In this document: one piece after another, positions 9,012 through 18,482 of the stretch
Layout of the letters: each line of letters opens with the position of its first letter
How positions within the stretch are numbered: position 1 is the first letter of the stretch
Assembly: GCA_023251515.1 (NCBI GenBank)
Contig: JAHEYQ010000019.1
Coordinates: forward strand, 50-64,049
From: Bacteroidales bacterium
GTDB taxonomy: Bacteria; Bacteroidota; Bacteroidia; Bacteroidales; JACABE01
DNA length: 64,000 nucleotides
Direction: 5' to 3'
The notes under the pieces: model-generated
The model's input: the letters and a program-made list of their open reading frames with translations, nothing else
What the model was told of the DNA's origin: nothing
Databases searched by the model: none
Program-made: the position numbers and the translations under genes

Positions 9012-9632
9012 TTATTTTTCTAATTCTGCAATTAACTTATCTGTTTTCTTAGAAACTTTGTTCGTAAATTCCTGATCCCCATTAGTAATTATAGCAAGTT
9101 CATTACACAATGTAATAATTTTGTTGATTGCTGTTCCTTTTTCAGGAGACCAGAATTCTGCAATTATTAAATTTCCATTTGAATTTCTTACAACAAACAT
9201 ATATGTTATTCCATCTAATCCAAAACTGGATTTCTCTTTATTAATTTTAGAAATTGCCAACTCAAATAATTTTACTATTTTGTTAGATAAATCTGATGAA
9301 ATGTAAATTGATTTTTCTTCAATATTTACATTTTTCTTATTCGATATAATCTTTTTAAATGAATAACAATGAGTAATTAGTTTGGGTTTATCTAAGGAAT
9401 CTTTTTCGATTGAGACTAAACAGCCACCTTGTCCCATTGTGTAAATCGGGATAAATCGGGCTATGGGTTTTTTACTCAGATTTTTTAATAATGTAGGTGC
9501 TATTGTATCATAAAATCTGTTGAGTGATTTGTTATATTGAAGAAAATCTGATGACAGATTAAAATTCTCTTGCCCATTGATATTGGCAACAAAAAGGAAA
9601 GTATTAATTAGGATTGAAATGATTATTTTCAT
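9012..9632 (-). CDS. Secreted hypothetical protein
   Basis: Signal peptide; GLDGITYMF...WSP motif. Confidence 0.65.
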   Translation of the reverse strand: MKIIISILINTFLFVANINGQENFNLSSDFLQYNKSLNRFYDTIAPTLLKNLSKKPIARFIPIYTMGQGGCLVSIEKDSLDKPKLITHCYSFKKIISNKKNVNIEEKSIYISSDLSNKIVKLFELAISKINKEKSSFGLDGITYMFVVRNSNGNLIIAEFWSPEKGTAINKIITLCNELAIITNGDQEFTNKVSKKTDKLIAELEK

Positions 9633-9685
9633 TTTCTTAGTAAATTTATTGTTTTTGCTTTTGTCTTTTAATTTATTACTTCCAT

Positions 9686-9753
9686 TTATTCCCCTTGCAA
9701 ATTTAATTATTTATTTCAATCCGCCAACCTCTCCCTCTTCATAGCTAATTACT
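9686..9753 (-). repeat. Promoter-containing intergenic repeat copy 7
   Basis: CCCCTTGCAAATTTAATTATTTATTTCAATCCGCCAAC..CATAGCTAATTACT; TTG-N19-TAAATTTG on minus strand. Confidence 0.75.
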
Positions 9754-9889
9754 GGTCGAAAGTTACATTACTGGAAATTGCATTTCAATTGCTTTTCTGC
9801 TTATATTTCCCAATCGTTTGTTTTAAAATACTGATTTATCAAAAGCTATTCCACACTTAATTTATCAGAAATACCTGATAATAGAAGTT

Positions 9890-10366
9890 TTAAATTATAT
9901 TATCAATTTTTAAATTCCTATAATGTTTTGTAGTTATAAATTCTTTTAAAACATTTTCAGAAAGCATATCTATTGTAATTTGTTTACGATAAAGCCAACG
10001 ATAAATATTTGCACTATCTCTAAATTTTAATGGTGTGTTTATTAGTTTTACTAATTTCTGAATTTCAGGAGCTTCTTTAGCAAATTCAATTTCACTATCT
10101 TTATTAATCCGTTCAGCTTGTTCAAGTTTTTCTTCATAAGTTGCTTTTTCCATTAGCATAATTCCAATTTGTCCTTCTTCATTTCTTTGTATATGATATT
10201 CATTTAAACTTGAACTTTTTCTTGATTCAATGCCCTTTTTTCTGATTCTTTCAATCTCAGATATAAACTCTTCTTCAGTAACCATTAGTCTCCAAAGTTC
10301 TCCCCTTTCTTCTAAATCCTTTTTCTTTAGATGATAGTCGTTTAAATATTCTTCATTTGATTTCAT
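9890..10366 (-). CDS. Hypothetical protein
   Basis: 158-aa ATG-initiated ORF, co-oriented with upstream genes. Confidence 0.6.
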   Translation of the reverse strand: MKSNEEYLNDYHLKKKDLEERGELWRLMVTEEEFISEIERIRKKGIESRKSSSLNEYHIQRNEEGQIGIMLMEKATYEEKLEQAERINKDSEIEFAKEAPEIQKLVKLINTPLKFRDSANIYRWLYRKQITIDMLSENVLKEFITTKHYRNLKIDNII

Positions 10367-10412
10367 TTCTATATAATTAAGTTGTAAATACTGAAATTGT
10401 ATTGTAAATTTA

Positions 10413-11261
10413 TTATTGTCTCACCATTGTTTCAAGCATTCTTTCATATCCATTATTCATTAATTCATCCCAAACTTTTTGTAATGATATTATTTGTATT
10501 TCTGGATCTGTTTTCAAGATATTATTACAAAATAGAAGTTTTATATCACTTTTTGAATTCTTAAGTTTTTTTATTTTTAATTCAATTGTTTTTTTGTCTG
10601 ATGTGTCTGTTACTTGTGCAGCAAGACATTTTTCATTTATTGTAATACCGAGTATATCAATATTTGCTAAATTGCCTCCAGTAAGTAATAATTGATATTT
10701 GATTTGATTTTCTTTAGCTAAATCTGAACGCAACCACTCAACACATAACAATTCAACCAATTTTTCAGATATATTGCTAAGTGCTAATTCTAATTTATCT
10801 AAATTACCAAAATGAAAAAGATGTCTAACTACATTAACTCTTTTTCTAATTGGACTTATTGTTACTTGACTGGGTATAATTGAAGAAAAGATAGGATAAT
10901 CTGAAAGATTAATTGATTTTACAGTTTCTTTTTCTAATTGAAATATTTTGTAATTTTCATCTTTTGAAAAGTTAAAAAACGCTGTTCCTTTCTTTATTCT
11001 GCCTACTTTTGCAATAGGATTATTTTTATAAGTTGCAAGAATTAAAACATCATTTTCAATTATATTGTTTTGTAAACTAATCCATCGGTCAATATATTGT
11101 ATTTTTTTCTTTGATTTATTTTCTTTAATATAATTTTCTAAAACTTCTTTTTCATCATCTTGATCAACTAATATTGCAATTTGATTAAGTCTGTTGAAAT
11201 CCTCAATATATGTTTCATCATACTGAAAATTAATTCTTATTAAATAAACTTTTTCTTCCAT
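10413..11261 (-). CDS. Putative Mrr-like PD-(D/E)xK restriction endonuclease domain protein
   Basis: C-terminal ISEKLVELLCVEWL...GGNLANIDILG...AAQV resembles the Mrr catalytic E...D...Q pattern; separate N-terminal domain. Confidence 0.55.
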   Translation of the reverse strand: MEEKVYLIRINFQYDETYIEDFNRLNQIAILVDQDDEKEVLENYIKENKSKKKIQYIDRWISLQNNIIENDVLILATYKNNPIAKVGRIKKGTAFFNFSKDENYKIFQLEKETVKSINLSDYPIFSSIIPSQVTISPIRKRVNVVRHLFHFGNLDKLELALSNISEKLVELLCVEWLRSDLAKENQIKYQLLLTGGNLANIDILGITINEKCLAAQVTDTSDKKTIELKIKKLKNSKSDIKLLFCNNILKTDPEIQIISLQKVWDELMNNGYERMLETMVRQ

Positions 11262-11283
11262 ATTCTTTGTATTTTATACTTGT

Positions 11284-11964
11284 TTATAATGTGTTTGCTA
11301 ACATAATATTTTTCTTTTCAATAGCTTTGTTATTCGCAACTTCAATAAGCAAATTATCAAACTGTCTATTGGTTATTTTGATATTATAATGATTTTCAAT
11401 TTGCATTTTTAAGCTTAAGCATTTACAAAAGAATTTTGCATATTCTGTATCAATGTTATCTTTATTTATAATTTCTTTCATATTTTCAGGTACATCCTTA
11501 ATAAATACTTTTAAAGCTGATAATGCTCGACTGTCATAAATAAAAAACATTTCAGGTAAATGAAAATGAAGGTATTTCGAACTAAATGACCGTTTGGTAA
11601 GTTTAGTTATTTTCTTTATTTCAGAAGTCAAGTAATAATGAGCATTTAATACGCTATTAATGTTTTCGTAATCTATTACAATATGATTATTCAGATTTTC
11701 AAGTATTTCATCAAGTTTTGAATTTCTAAAAGTATTTGTGACTTTTTCTAAATAAAAAATATCATTAATATCTTCTTTATCTGTATTTGGTCTTCTTTCA
11801 ATAGCTGCCGCATAAATTCTCCCAATAAATAAAACCTTTGTCAGGATAATATCATCTTCATTATGTTTAAAGTTATTTCTACATAAATCATAAAGGATTT
11901 TGTTGCTAAAATCCCATGGACTTTTTTCTATTGCTTTATTAAGTTGTTGTTTTGTTGGTATCAT
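11284..11964 (-). CDS. Putative HhH-GPD-like (DNA glycosylase-like) protein
   Basis: RSFSSKYLHFHLPEMFFIYDSRA resembles the helix-hairpin-helix/catalytic Asp segment; YAKF and RQFDNLL downstream. Confidence 0.5.
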   Translation of the reverse strand: MIPTKQQLNKAIEKSPWDFSNKILYDLCRNNFKHNEDDIILTKVLFIGRIYAAAIERRPNTDKEDINDIFYLEKVTNTFRNSKLDEILENLNNHIVIDYENINSVLNAHYYLTSEIKKITKLTKRSFSSKYLHFHLPEMFFIYDSRALSALKVFIKDVPENMKEIINKDNIDTEYAKFFCKCLSLKMQIENHYNIKITNRQFDNLLIEVANNKAIEKKNIMLANTL

Positions 11965-12076
11965 AAAGTATATACTAATTTGTTTCTCACTTCACTTTTG
12001 AAGTCAGCTTTTCAATTTTAAGTTAAATAGCTTAACCTTTTGTTTTTGTTACAAATATACAAATTCCTTTAAACAT

Positions 12077-12115
12077 AAAACCCCGCCACCGGAAAATTTC
12101 CGGCAGCAGGGTTTT
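12077..12115 (-). terminator. Intrinsic terminator of the 12126-12827 gene
   Basis: Hairpin pairs fully (with G-U wobbles) only on the minus strand and ends in a U tract. Confidence 0.7.
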
Positions 12116-12125
12116 GCTTGTCAGC

Positions 12126-12827
12126 TTATACGATAGGATTATTATCAGATGTTGAATCCGTATTTTCTCCATCATCTTTTTTCTTTTTCCAGCCGCCTAT
12201 TTTGCGGGCATTGGTATATTCTATATAAAACTCCGGATATTTTGCTTTGTATTTCAGCATCATTTTATCCAGTTGTTCTTTAAGTATTTTGGTAATTTCG
12301 GCAAATGCCGCTTCCATTTTCTCTTTGCTCGATTTGCTCATACGGCGAGCCCCCTGAGGCTTGTCGAGCAGTTCGAGACAAATGTCAATTACCACTTTGA
12401 TTTCCTCAATTTCTTCTTCAGTAGTAAAATCAGGAATCAGTTTGTCTTTAATTTTTGTCAAATCTGTATAAACTTTCATGCAGTTGTTACAGATTTCTTT
12501 TTCTATACCCCTATTCAACGAAGTTTTGGTATAGTTAAACTGTGTTTTCAACTCATTATCATTAACAGAACTGGCATAAGCCATCCCGTTTCCCGAACCA
12601 ATCAGAGTAGCATCAAGCATTTTTTCTATTGACTGATCCTTTTTGGCAGTAGTACTCTTACCACTACCCTGTTGCTGATCGTGTTCATTTACAACTTTGT
12701 GCTGTTCTTCTAATCTGTTGAAACTCTTTTTGAAAGCTACGGAACCTGTCCATATGTCTTTCCATTTAAGCAACACTTCTTTTACGTTGCTTACCATTTT
12801 GTCTTTGTGGAAATTCTTTTTATCCAT
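12126..12827 (-). CDS. Alpha-helical hypothetical protein with C-terminal FYxxYxxARxI motif
   Basis: 233-aa ORF with its own terminator. Confidence 0.7.
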   Translation of the reverse strand: MDKKNFHKDKMVSNVKEVLLKWKDIWTGSVAFKKSFNRLEEQHKVVNEHDQQQGSGKSTTAKKDQSIEKMLDATLIGSGNGMAYASSVNDNELKTQFNYTKTSLNRGIEKEICNNCMKVYTDLTKIKDKLIPDFTTEEEIEEIKVVIDICLELLDKPQGARRMSKSSKEKMEAAFAEITKILKEQLDKMMLKYKAKYPEFYIEYTNARKIGGWKKKKDDGENTDSTSDNNPIV

Positions 12828-13379
12828 AAGATTACGGTTTTAAAAATTTATAATTATTTATTATTTATCACCTGTTGTGTTTTCTGTTTCAGAATTAATC
12901 ACATGCAGGTTTCTCATTAATTTATACTGATATTTAGCAGATTTGCAAAGCAAAGCTGTCAAATAACATTTATACCGAACCGATTTTTAGTTTGAATAAA
13001 TTCATAAACCTGATTTTTATCCGGTATATCCGTTTGTTTCTTTTTTTACCATTACTTTCACAAGCAAAAAAAGATTGAGGCTGTAAAATTATAAAAAAAT
13101 TTTACACAACAAATAACATTTTAAAATATTTTTAAAAAAAATATTTTTTCTAAATTTTTAGTTTGGAATGCAAATAGAGCAATACATATTTTTAGCCTCA
13201 AAAATTATTTATATCGACTCTTTATTTTACCAAAACAGCTGATTTCAGATACTCATAAGAGCATCGTTATTCATATATGCTTATAATATCCTTATATACT
13301 TTTCTTACAAAATCAAATGGCTTTCGAAGCAAAGCCTCCCCTATTCTGTCTGTTTTCTTCCATTTATCGTCAATATCTG

Positions 13380-13780
13380 GTTTTGCTTTTGCGATATTTA
13401 ACTTTTAATTTACTTTCTTCGGTTTTGCATTTTCCTTTTCCAGTTTGCTATTTACTTTTTATGGTTTGCTGTTTGCTTTCTCTTGTTTTTTATTCTCTTT
13501 ATCCTGTTTTTTATTTACGTTTTCCTGTTTGCTGTTTGCTTTCTTTTGTTTTCTATTTTCTTTTTCTTATTTGCCTTTTGCTATCTCTTGTTTGCTATTT
13601 ACTTTGCATTGTTTTTTATTATCTTTCTTTGGTTTTCTATTTACATTTTTGAGTTCCACATTTACTTTCTTAAATTCTCTGTTTACATTCTTTAGTTCCG
13701 CATTTACCTTTAGCAGATTGCTGTTTACTCGCAATATCATTATATTTACTTTAAGCAAATATATATTTTCACACTGCAAA
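13380..13780 (-). repeat. Degenerate 21-nt periodic tract (heptad-coding; in-frame stops, possible pseudogene)
   Basis: Minus frame reads KVNAELK-NVNREFK-KVNVELK-NVNRKPK, then continues through TAA stops as ENRKQKK-ANSKQEN-VNKKQDK. Confidence 0.7.
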
Positions 13781-13915
13781 TATCAGTTTTAACACAAAAG
13801 AAATCAATTTACATTAAACATCCGGCTATTTTCGATATAATAAACTCATTTAATCTGTAATTCAATTATTCATTTAATCAGTTACTCCTTAAATCAGTTA
13901 TTCAATTAATCTTTT

Positions 13916-14159
13916 AGCCGCATAGCGGCGATATGATGGTAAAAAACACAAAGCAAAATCATTGAAGCCGCATAGCGGCGACATATTTTGTTTTTCTTAC
14001 AGTATAATCTTTATAAACCAGTTTTGCTGTCTGTTTTTATTAGCTTAATCTGCTGTTTTTAAGTAGTACTCAGATATAAATTAGTTTAATTGTCGCCGCT
14101 ATGCGGCTTTATGCTCATCTAACAGCTTTTTATTACCATAATTTCGCCGCCATGCGGCT
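13916..14159. mobile_element. Non-autonomous four-REP nested inverted-repeat element (REPIN/MITE-like)
   Basis: AGCCGCATAGCGGCGA at 13916 and 13966; inverted copies ending 14108 and 14159; no transposase inside. Confidence 0.7.
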
Positions 14160-14386
14160 CTAATTACATCAACTCATCAATTCCCGAATGCTTTGCTTTG
14201 CTATTTTTACTAAAATAACTGAATTACAAATTCAATTATTACTCCAAACTGAATTACAAATTCAGCTTAGCATTATAGGTAGTAATCTATTTAAAGTATC
14301 TCATTTTTACTATTAATCAGTAACTCTGTTAATCTCTTATTCAATTAATCTATTAATCAGTTATTCAATTAATCATTTACTCTTCT

Positions 14387-14932
14387 CTATCTCCTCACAA
14401 ACTGCTTGCGATAAGCTATTCTTTCTTTCATGATTTCGTAATAATCAACAGCTTCTAAATCCAGACGCTCAGCATATTTTTGCAGAAACAACTTTGCCAT
14501 TTCATAATCAGCAAACTCATTCAGGACAATACTTTGTTTGGTCTCCGAAATCAGCAATACATCAAATGATTTGGTAATGTAGTCAGTAGAATTGCATTTG
14601 CTGTTCATAATCTGCGATTCGTAGGTATATTTCAGTATCAGCTTGTTGTAATCAGCCAGCTTATGCCATTTGCCTGTTTTGACAATAAAAAAATCAGTAT
14701 AAGGTTTTAATTGTTTATTCTCAAAATCAATCAGCACTCCCCTTGCCGACAACAGCAAAACAGTTCCGGGAATTACAGAAATTATTCCGCATATTATCAT
14801 CGGCAAAGTATAGCTTTCGCCAATCTGAGCACCCGTAACGATGAGTATAATACCTATGATAATAATCACCAATCCGATAAACGAAAGCGCCCCTTTAAAT
14901 GTAAATCCCTGCGATATTTTTTCTGTATTCAT
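14387..14932 (-). CDS. Hypothetical membrane protein
   Basis: Two N-terminal TM helices followed by a soluble domain. Confidence 0.7.
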   Translation of the reverse strand: MNTEKISQGFTFKGALSFIGLVIIIIGIILIVTGAQIGESYTLPMIICGIISVIPGTVLLLSARGVLIDFENKQLKPYTDFFIVKTGKWHKLADYNKLILKYTYESQIMNSKCNSTDYITKSFDVLLISETKQSIVLNEFADYEMAKLFLQKYAERLDLEAVDYYEIMKERIAYRKQFVRR

Positions 14933-15164
14933 TTTTCTGATGCGAATAAACCTGTTCTGACAGTAACATTACAGCAATATATTCCGCCACAACAACCATT
15001 TAGAACAAACGTTATTTTACCCCGCAAATTTATAAATAATAAATTGAATCATTTCATTTTTCTCTTTAATCAATACTATTATTAGCGTGAGTTATGGATT
15101 AACTTTCCATTTGAAAAAAGCAAACATTAAAAAACGCTTACCGGAACTTAGCTTCGAAGCAATG

Positions 15165-15380
15165 ACTGACCTCAATGAATTTACGCCATAAAACAAGCAA
15201 TTAAAAATAAGCGATGGCATGTGAGCAATCCACGAGTTTCGGCGACAAAAAAATATAAAAAGCACTACTCTTAATTCCGAAACGGCTTGGATTGCAGCAG
15301 GCATTTTTAATTGCGTAGTTTTACAGTAAATTCTTTGCAGTCTTGAACTTTTGGTTCTTTTGGTTCAAGCCAAAAGAACA
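15165..15380. other. Structured intergenic element (long interrupted hairpin plus pseudoknot); candidate ncRNA or repeat element
   Basis: Nested pairings GAATTTAC/GTAAATTC, GCAATTAAAAAT/ATTTTTAATTGC, GCAATCCA/TGGATTGC, GTTTCGG/CCGAAAC; stem 15354-63/15370-79 whose loop is complementary to 15342-48. Confidence 0.6.
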
Positions 15381-15515
15381 ATAAAATAATGCTTTTGAAG
15401 ATTTTACAAAGTTATTTAATCCAAAACTCACGTAAATAAAAGGTGTTTATTAAAGGGATTTAATTTCATACTCTTATAATTCTTATATTCGTATATACTT
15501 CGGTTTATACACCTT

Positions 15516-15548
15516 AAACCTAACAGGTTTTCAAAACCTGTCAGGTTT
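15516..15548. repeat. REP-like palindrome (ACCTGACAGG family), copy 2
   Basis: AAACCTAACAGGTTTTCAAAACCTGTCAGGTTT. Confidence 0.8.
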
Positions 15549-15613
15549 TCCCGATAAATCTTCCTTCGTTCAGTCAATTTTGTTTAGCCTTGTTTGTTTC
15601 ATGTTTCAAAAAC

Positions 15614-15649
15614 AAAAACCCGTTGGATATATTGACATCCAACGGGTTT
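15614..15649 (-). terminator. Intrinsic terminator of sdhCAB
   Basis: AAACCCGTTGGAT...ATCCAACGGGTTT hairpin with A tract on the + strand, downstream of sdhB. Confidence 0.75.
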
Positions 15650-15703
15650 ATTTCGATTAAATAACTTATTAACTTATTAACTCAATAACCAATAACCCAA
15701 TAA

Positions 15704-16444
15704 CTATTTCACATTCGCACACAAAAATTCTCTGTTCATGCGGGCAATATTCGATACCGAAATACCTTTGGGGCATTCGGCTTCGCAGGCATAAGTATTT
15801 GTACAATTGCCAAAACCAAGTTCATCCATCTTGGCTACCATTGCTTTCACTCTGTCTTTGGCTTCAATTTTGCCCTGAGGTAACAAAGCAAACTGCGATA
15901 CTTTTGCAGCTACAAACAACATTGCCGAAGCATTTTTGCAGGCAGCCACACAGGCGCCACAACCAATACATGCAGCCGCATCCATAGCCAGTTCGGCATC
16001 CTCGCGGTTTACAGGTATCGAGTTGGCATCGGGTACACCACCGGTAGTAACCGACACATAGCCACCTGCCTGTATAATCTGATCAAATGCATTGCGGTTG
16101 ATCATCAAATCTTTAATTACCGGAAAAGCTTTCGAACGCCATGGTTCAATGGTAATGGTGTCGCCATCTTTAAACTTACGCATATGCAACTGGCAGGTTG
16201 TTACCTCATCATCGGGTCCGTGCGGACGACCATTGATGTATAAGCTGCACATTCCGCAAATGCCCTCACGGCAATCGTGGTCAAAATTAATTGGCAATTG
16301 CACTTTGTCTATCAACGACTCATTTAATATGTCGAGCATTTCTAAGAATGAACAATCAGCTGATATATTTTGAACTTTATATGTTTCGAATTTTCCTTTT
16401 GCTTTCGGACTTTCCTGTCTCCAGATTTCTAATGTTAAATTCAT
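15704..16444 (-). CDS. sdhB: Succinate dehydrogenase/fumarate reductase iron-sulfur subunit
   Basis: [32 protein letters not shown] Fe-S motifs. Confidence 0.97.
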   Translation of the reverse strand: MNLTLEIWRQESPKAKGKFETYKVQNISADCSFLEMLDILNESLIDKVQLPINFDHDCREGICGMCSLYINGRPHGPDDEVTTCQLHMRKFKDGDTITIEPWRSKAFPVIKDLMINRNAFDQIIQAGGYVSVTTGGVPDANSIPVNREDAELAMDAAACIGCGACVAACKNASAMLFVAAKVSQFALLPQGKIEAKDRVKAMVAKMDELGFGNCTNTYACEAECPKGISVSNIARMNREFLCANVK

Positions 16445-16529
16445 TTTATTCTGTTTTTAATATAATAAAATTTAAAACTCTGCTTAAATACTCTAAGTAC
16501 TTTAAATACTCAAAGTACTTTAAGTACTT

Positions 16530-18476
16530 TTACTTGTAATCCCTTTGTTTAACTTCAATAGCTTCGTATTTCAAAGCTTCTTTATGCAGTTCAGGCGTTT
16601 GATCTTCACCTTTGTATTCCCAAGCACCCACAAACATAAAGTCATTGTCGTTACGCAAAGCTTCACCATCAGGAGTCTGATGCTCTTCTCTGAAATGTCC
16701 TCCGCAAGATTCTTCTCTTTGTAGTGCATCCAGAGCAGTTAGTTCGCCAAGTTCAATAAAGTCGGCAACACGGGTAGCTTTTTCCAGTTCGGTATTCACA
16801 CCATTAATATCACCAGGAATACGTAAATCGCTCCAGAATTCTTTTTTAAGTTCTTTACAAAGTTTTACAGCAGTTTCCAAACCTTCTTTTGTACGACCCA
16901 TTCCAACATACTCCCACATAATATGTCCGAGTTTTTTATGGAAATAATCTACAGATTTGCTTCCCTGTATCTTCATCATCTTTTCCAGACGATTTTTTAC
17001 TTCTTCCAATGTTTTGTTAAACTCAGGTATATCGGTTGACATGCGTGGAGTTTTAATTTCTTTAGCCAGATAATTCTGAATGGTATAAGGCAATACAAAA
17101 TATCCGTCAGATAATCCCTGCATCAAAGCCGAAGCTCCCAAACGGTTAGCACCATGGTCAGAGAAATTGGCTTCACCTGCACAGAATAAACCTTCAATGG
17201 TAGTTTGCAATTCATAGTCAACCCAAACTCCACCCATGGTATAATGTACCGCAGGGTAAATCATCATTGGATTTTCGTAAGGATTTTCATCCACTATCTT
17301 GTCGTACATCTGGAAAAGGTTGCCATAACGTTCTTCAATCACATCTTTTCCCAATCGTTTAATAGCCGAAGCAAAATCGAGATAAACAGCCAGTCCTGTA
17401 TTACCAACACCAAAACCTGCATCGCATCTTTCTTTTGCAGCTCTCGAAGCCACATCACGCGGAACCAGATTACCAAAAGCCGGATATCTTCTTTCTAAGA
17501 AATAATCGCGATCTTCTTCTTTAATATCATTAGCTTTTAATTGCTTATTGCGGATTTTTTCTGCATCTTCCTTGTTTTTCGGAACCCAGATTCTGCCATC
17601 GTTTCTCAGACTTTCACTCATCAGCGTTAGTTTACTCTGATAATCTCCATGCACCGGAATACAGGTTGGATGTATCTGAACATAACTCGGGTTTGCAAAG
17701 AAAGCACCTCTTTTGTAAATCTGCCAGGCTGCACTTGTATTAGAGTTCATTGCATTGGTAGAAAGGAAATAAACATTACTATAACCTCCACTTGCAACCA
17801 CTACTGCATGAGCAAAATATTTTTCCAGTTCGCCGGTTACCAGATTGCGGGCAATAATACCACGGGCTTTTCCGTCAACTATCACAAGATCGAGCATTTC
17901 GCGGCGATTCATCATCTCCACATTGCCCAGATTAATCTGATGACTCAATGCACCATAAGCTCCCAACAGCAATTGTTGTCCGGTTTGTCCGCGTGCATAA
18001 AACGTACGCGATACCTGTGCACCGCCGAAAGAACGATTGTCTAACAAGCCACTATAATCTCTGGCAAAAGGAACACCCTGTGCCACACATTGGTCAATAA
18101 TCAGATTGCTGTTTTCGGCCAGACGATGTACATTGGCTTCCCTTGCTCTGTAATCGCCTCCTTTTATTGTATCGTAAAACAAACGGTAAACACTGTCACC
18201 ATCATTAGGATAGTTTTTGGCAGCATTTATTCCACCCTGTGCAGCAATACTATGTGCACGACGCGGACTATCGGAAATACAGAATATCTTTACATTAAAA
18301 CCCATTGCTCCGAAACTGGCTGCGGCTGAAGCGCCTGCTAATCCGGTTCCAACTACAATGATATCCAACTTACGTTTATTAGATGGATTTACTAAGTTTT
18401 GGTGCGATTTGTAATTGGTCCACTTTTGTGCCAGATCGCCTTGAGGTATTTTTGAATTCAACTTTGTCATAACCAT
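16530..18476 (-). CDS. sdhA: Succinate dehydrogenase/fumarate reductase flavoprotein subunit
   Basis: [48 protein letters not shown]. Confidence 0.98.
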   Translation of the reverse strand: MVMTKLNSKIPQGDLAQKWTNYKSHQNLVNPSNKRKLDIIVVGTGLAGASAAASFGAMGFNVKIFCISDSPRRAHSIAAQGGINAAKNYPNDGDSVYRLFYDTIKGGDYRAREANVHRLAENSNLIIDQCVAQGVPFARDYSGLLDNRSFGGAQVSRTFYARGQTGQQLLLGAYGALSHQINLGNVEMMNRREMLDLVIVDGKARGIIARNLVTGELEKYFAHAVVVASGGYSNVYFLSTNAMNSNTSAAWQIYKRGAFFANPSYVQIHPTCIPVHGDYQSKLTLMSESLRNDGRIWVPKNKEDAEKIRNKQLKANDIKEEDRDYFLERRYPAFGNLVPRDVASRAAKERCDAGFGVGNTGLAVYLDFASAIKRLGKDVIEERYGNLFQMYDKIVDENPYENPMMIYPAVHYTMGGVWVDYELQTTIEGLFCAGEANFSDHGANRLGASALMQGLSDGYFVLPYTIQNYLAKEIKTPRMSTDIPEFNKTLEEVKNRLEKMMKIQGSKSVDYFHKKLGHIMWEYVGMGRTKEGLETAVKLCKELKKEFWSDLRIPGDINGVNTELEKATRVADFIELGELTALDALQREESCGGHFREEHQTPDGEALRNDNDFMFVGAWEYKGEDQTPELHKEALKYEAIEVKQRDYK

Positions 18477-18482
18477 TATTTT

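Noticed and set aside
2327-12060. Classical integron attC sites between the genes
   Set aside because: No RYYYAAC...GTTRRRY foldback structures seen; isolated GTTAGC hexamers (near 8900 and 11300) lack partners; no intI gene
13317-13792. Plus-strand Phe/Leu/Cys-rich ORFs
   Set aside because: Shadow frames of the T-rich periodic tract, open in several frames simply for lack of stop codons
15092-15304. 70-aa ORF
   Set aside because: Coincides with the foldback element and has no recognisable motif
15799-18414. Antisense ORFs within sdhAB (and similar short ORFs inside other genes)
   Set aside because: They overlap well-supported genes on the opposite strand or in another frame
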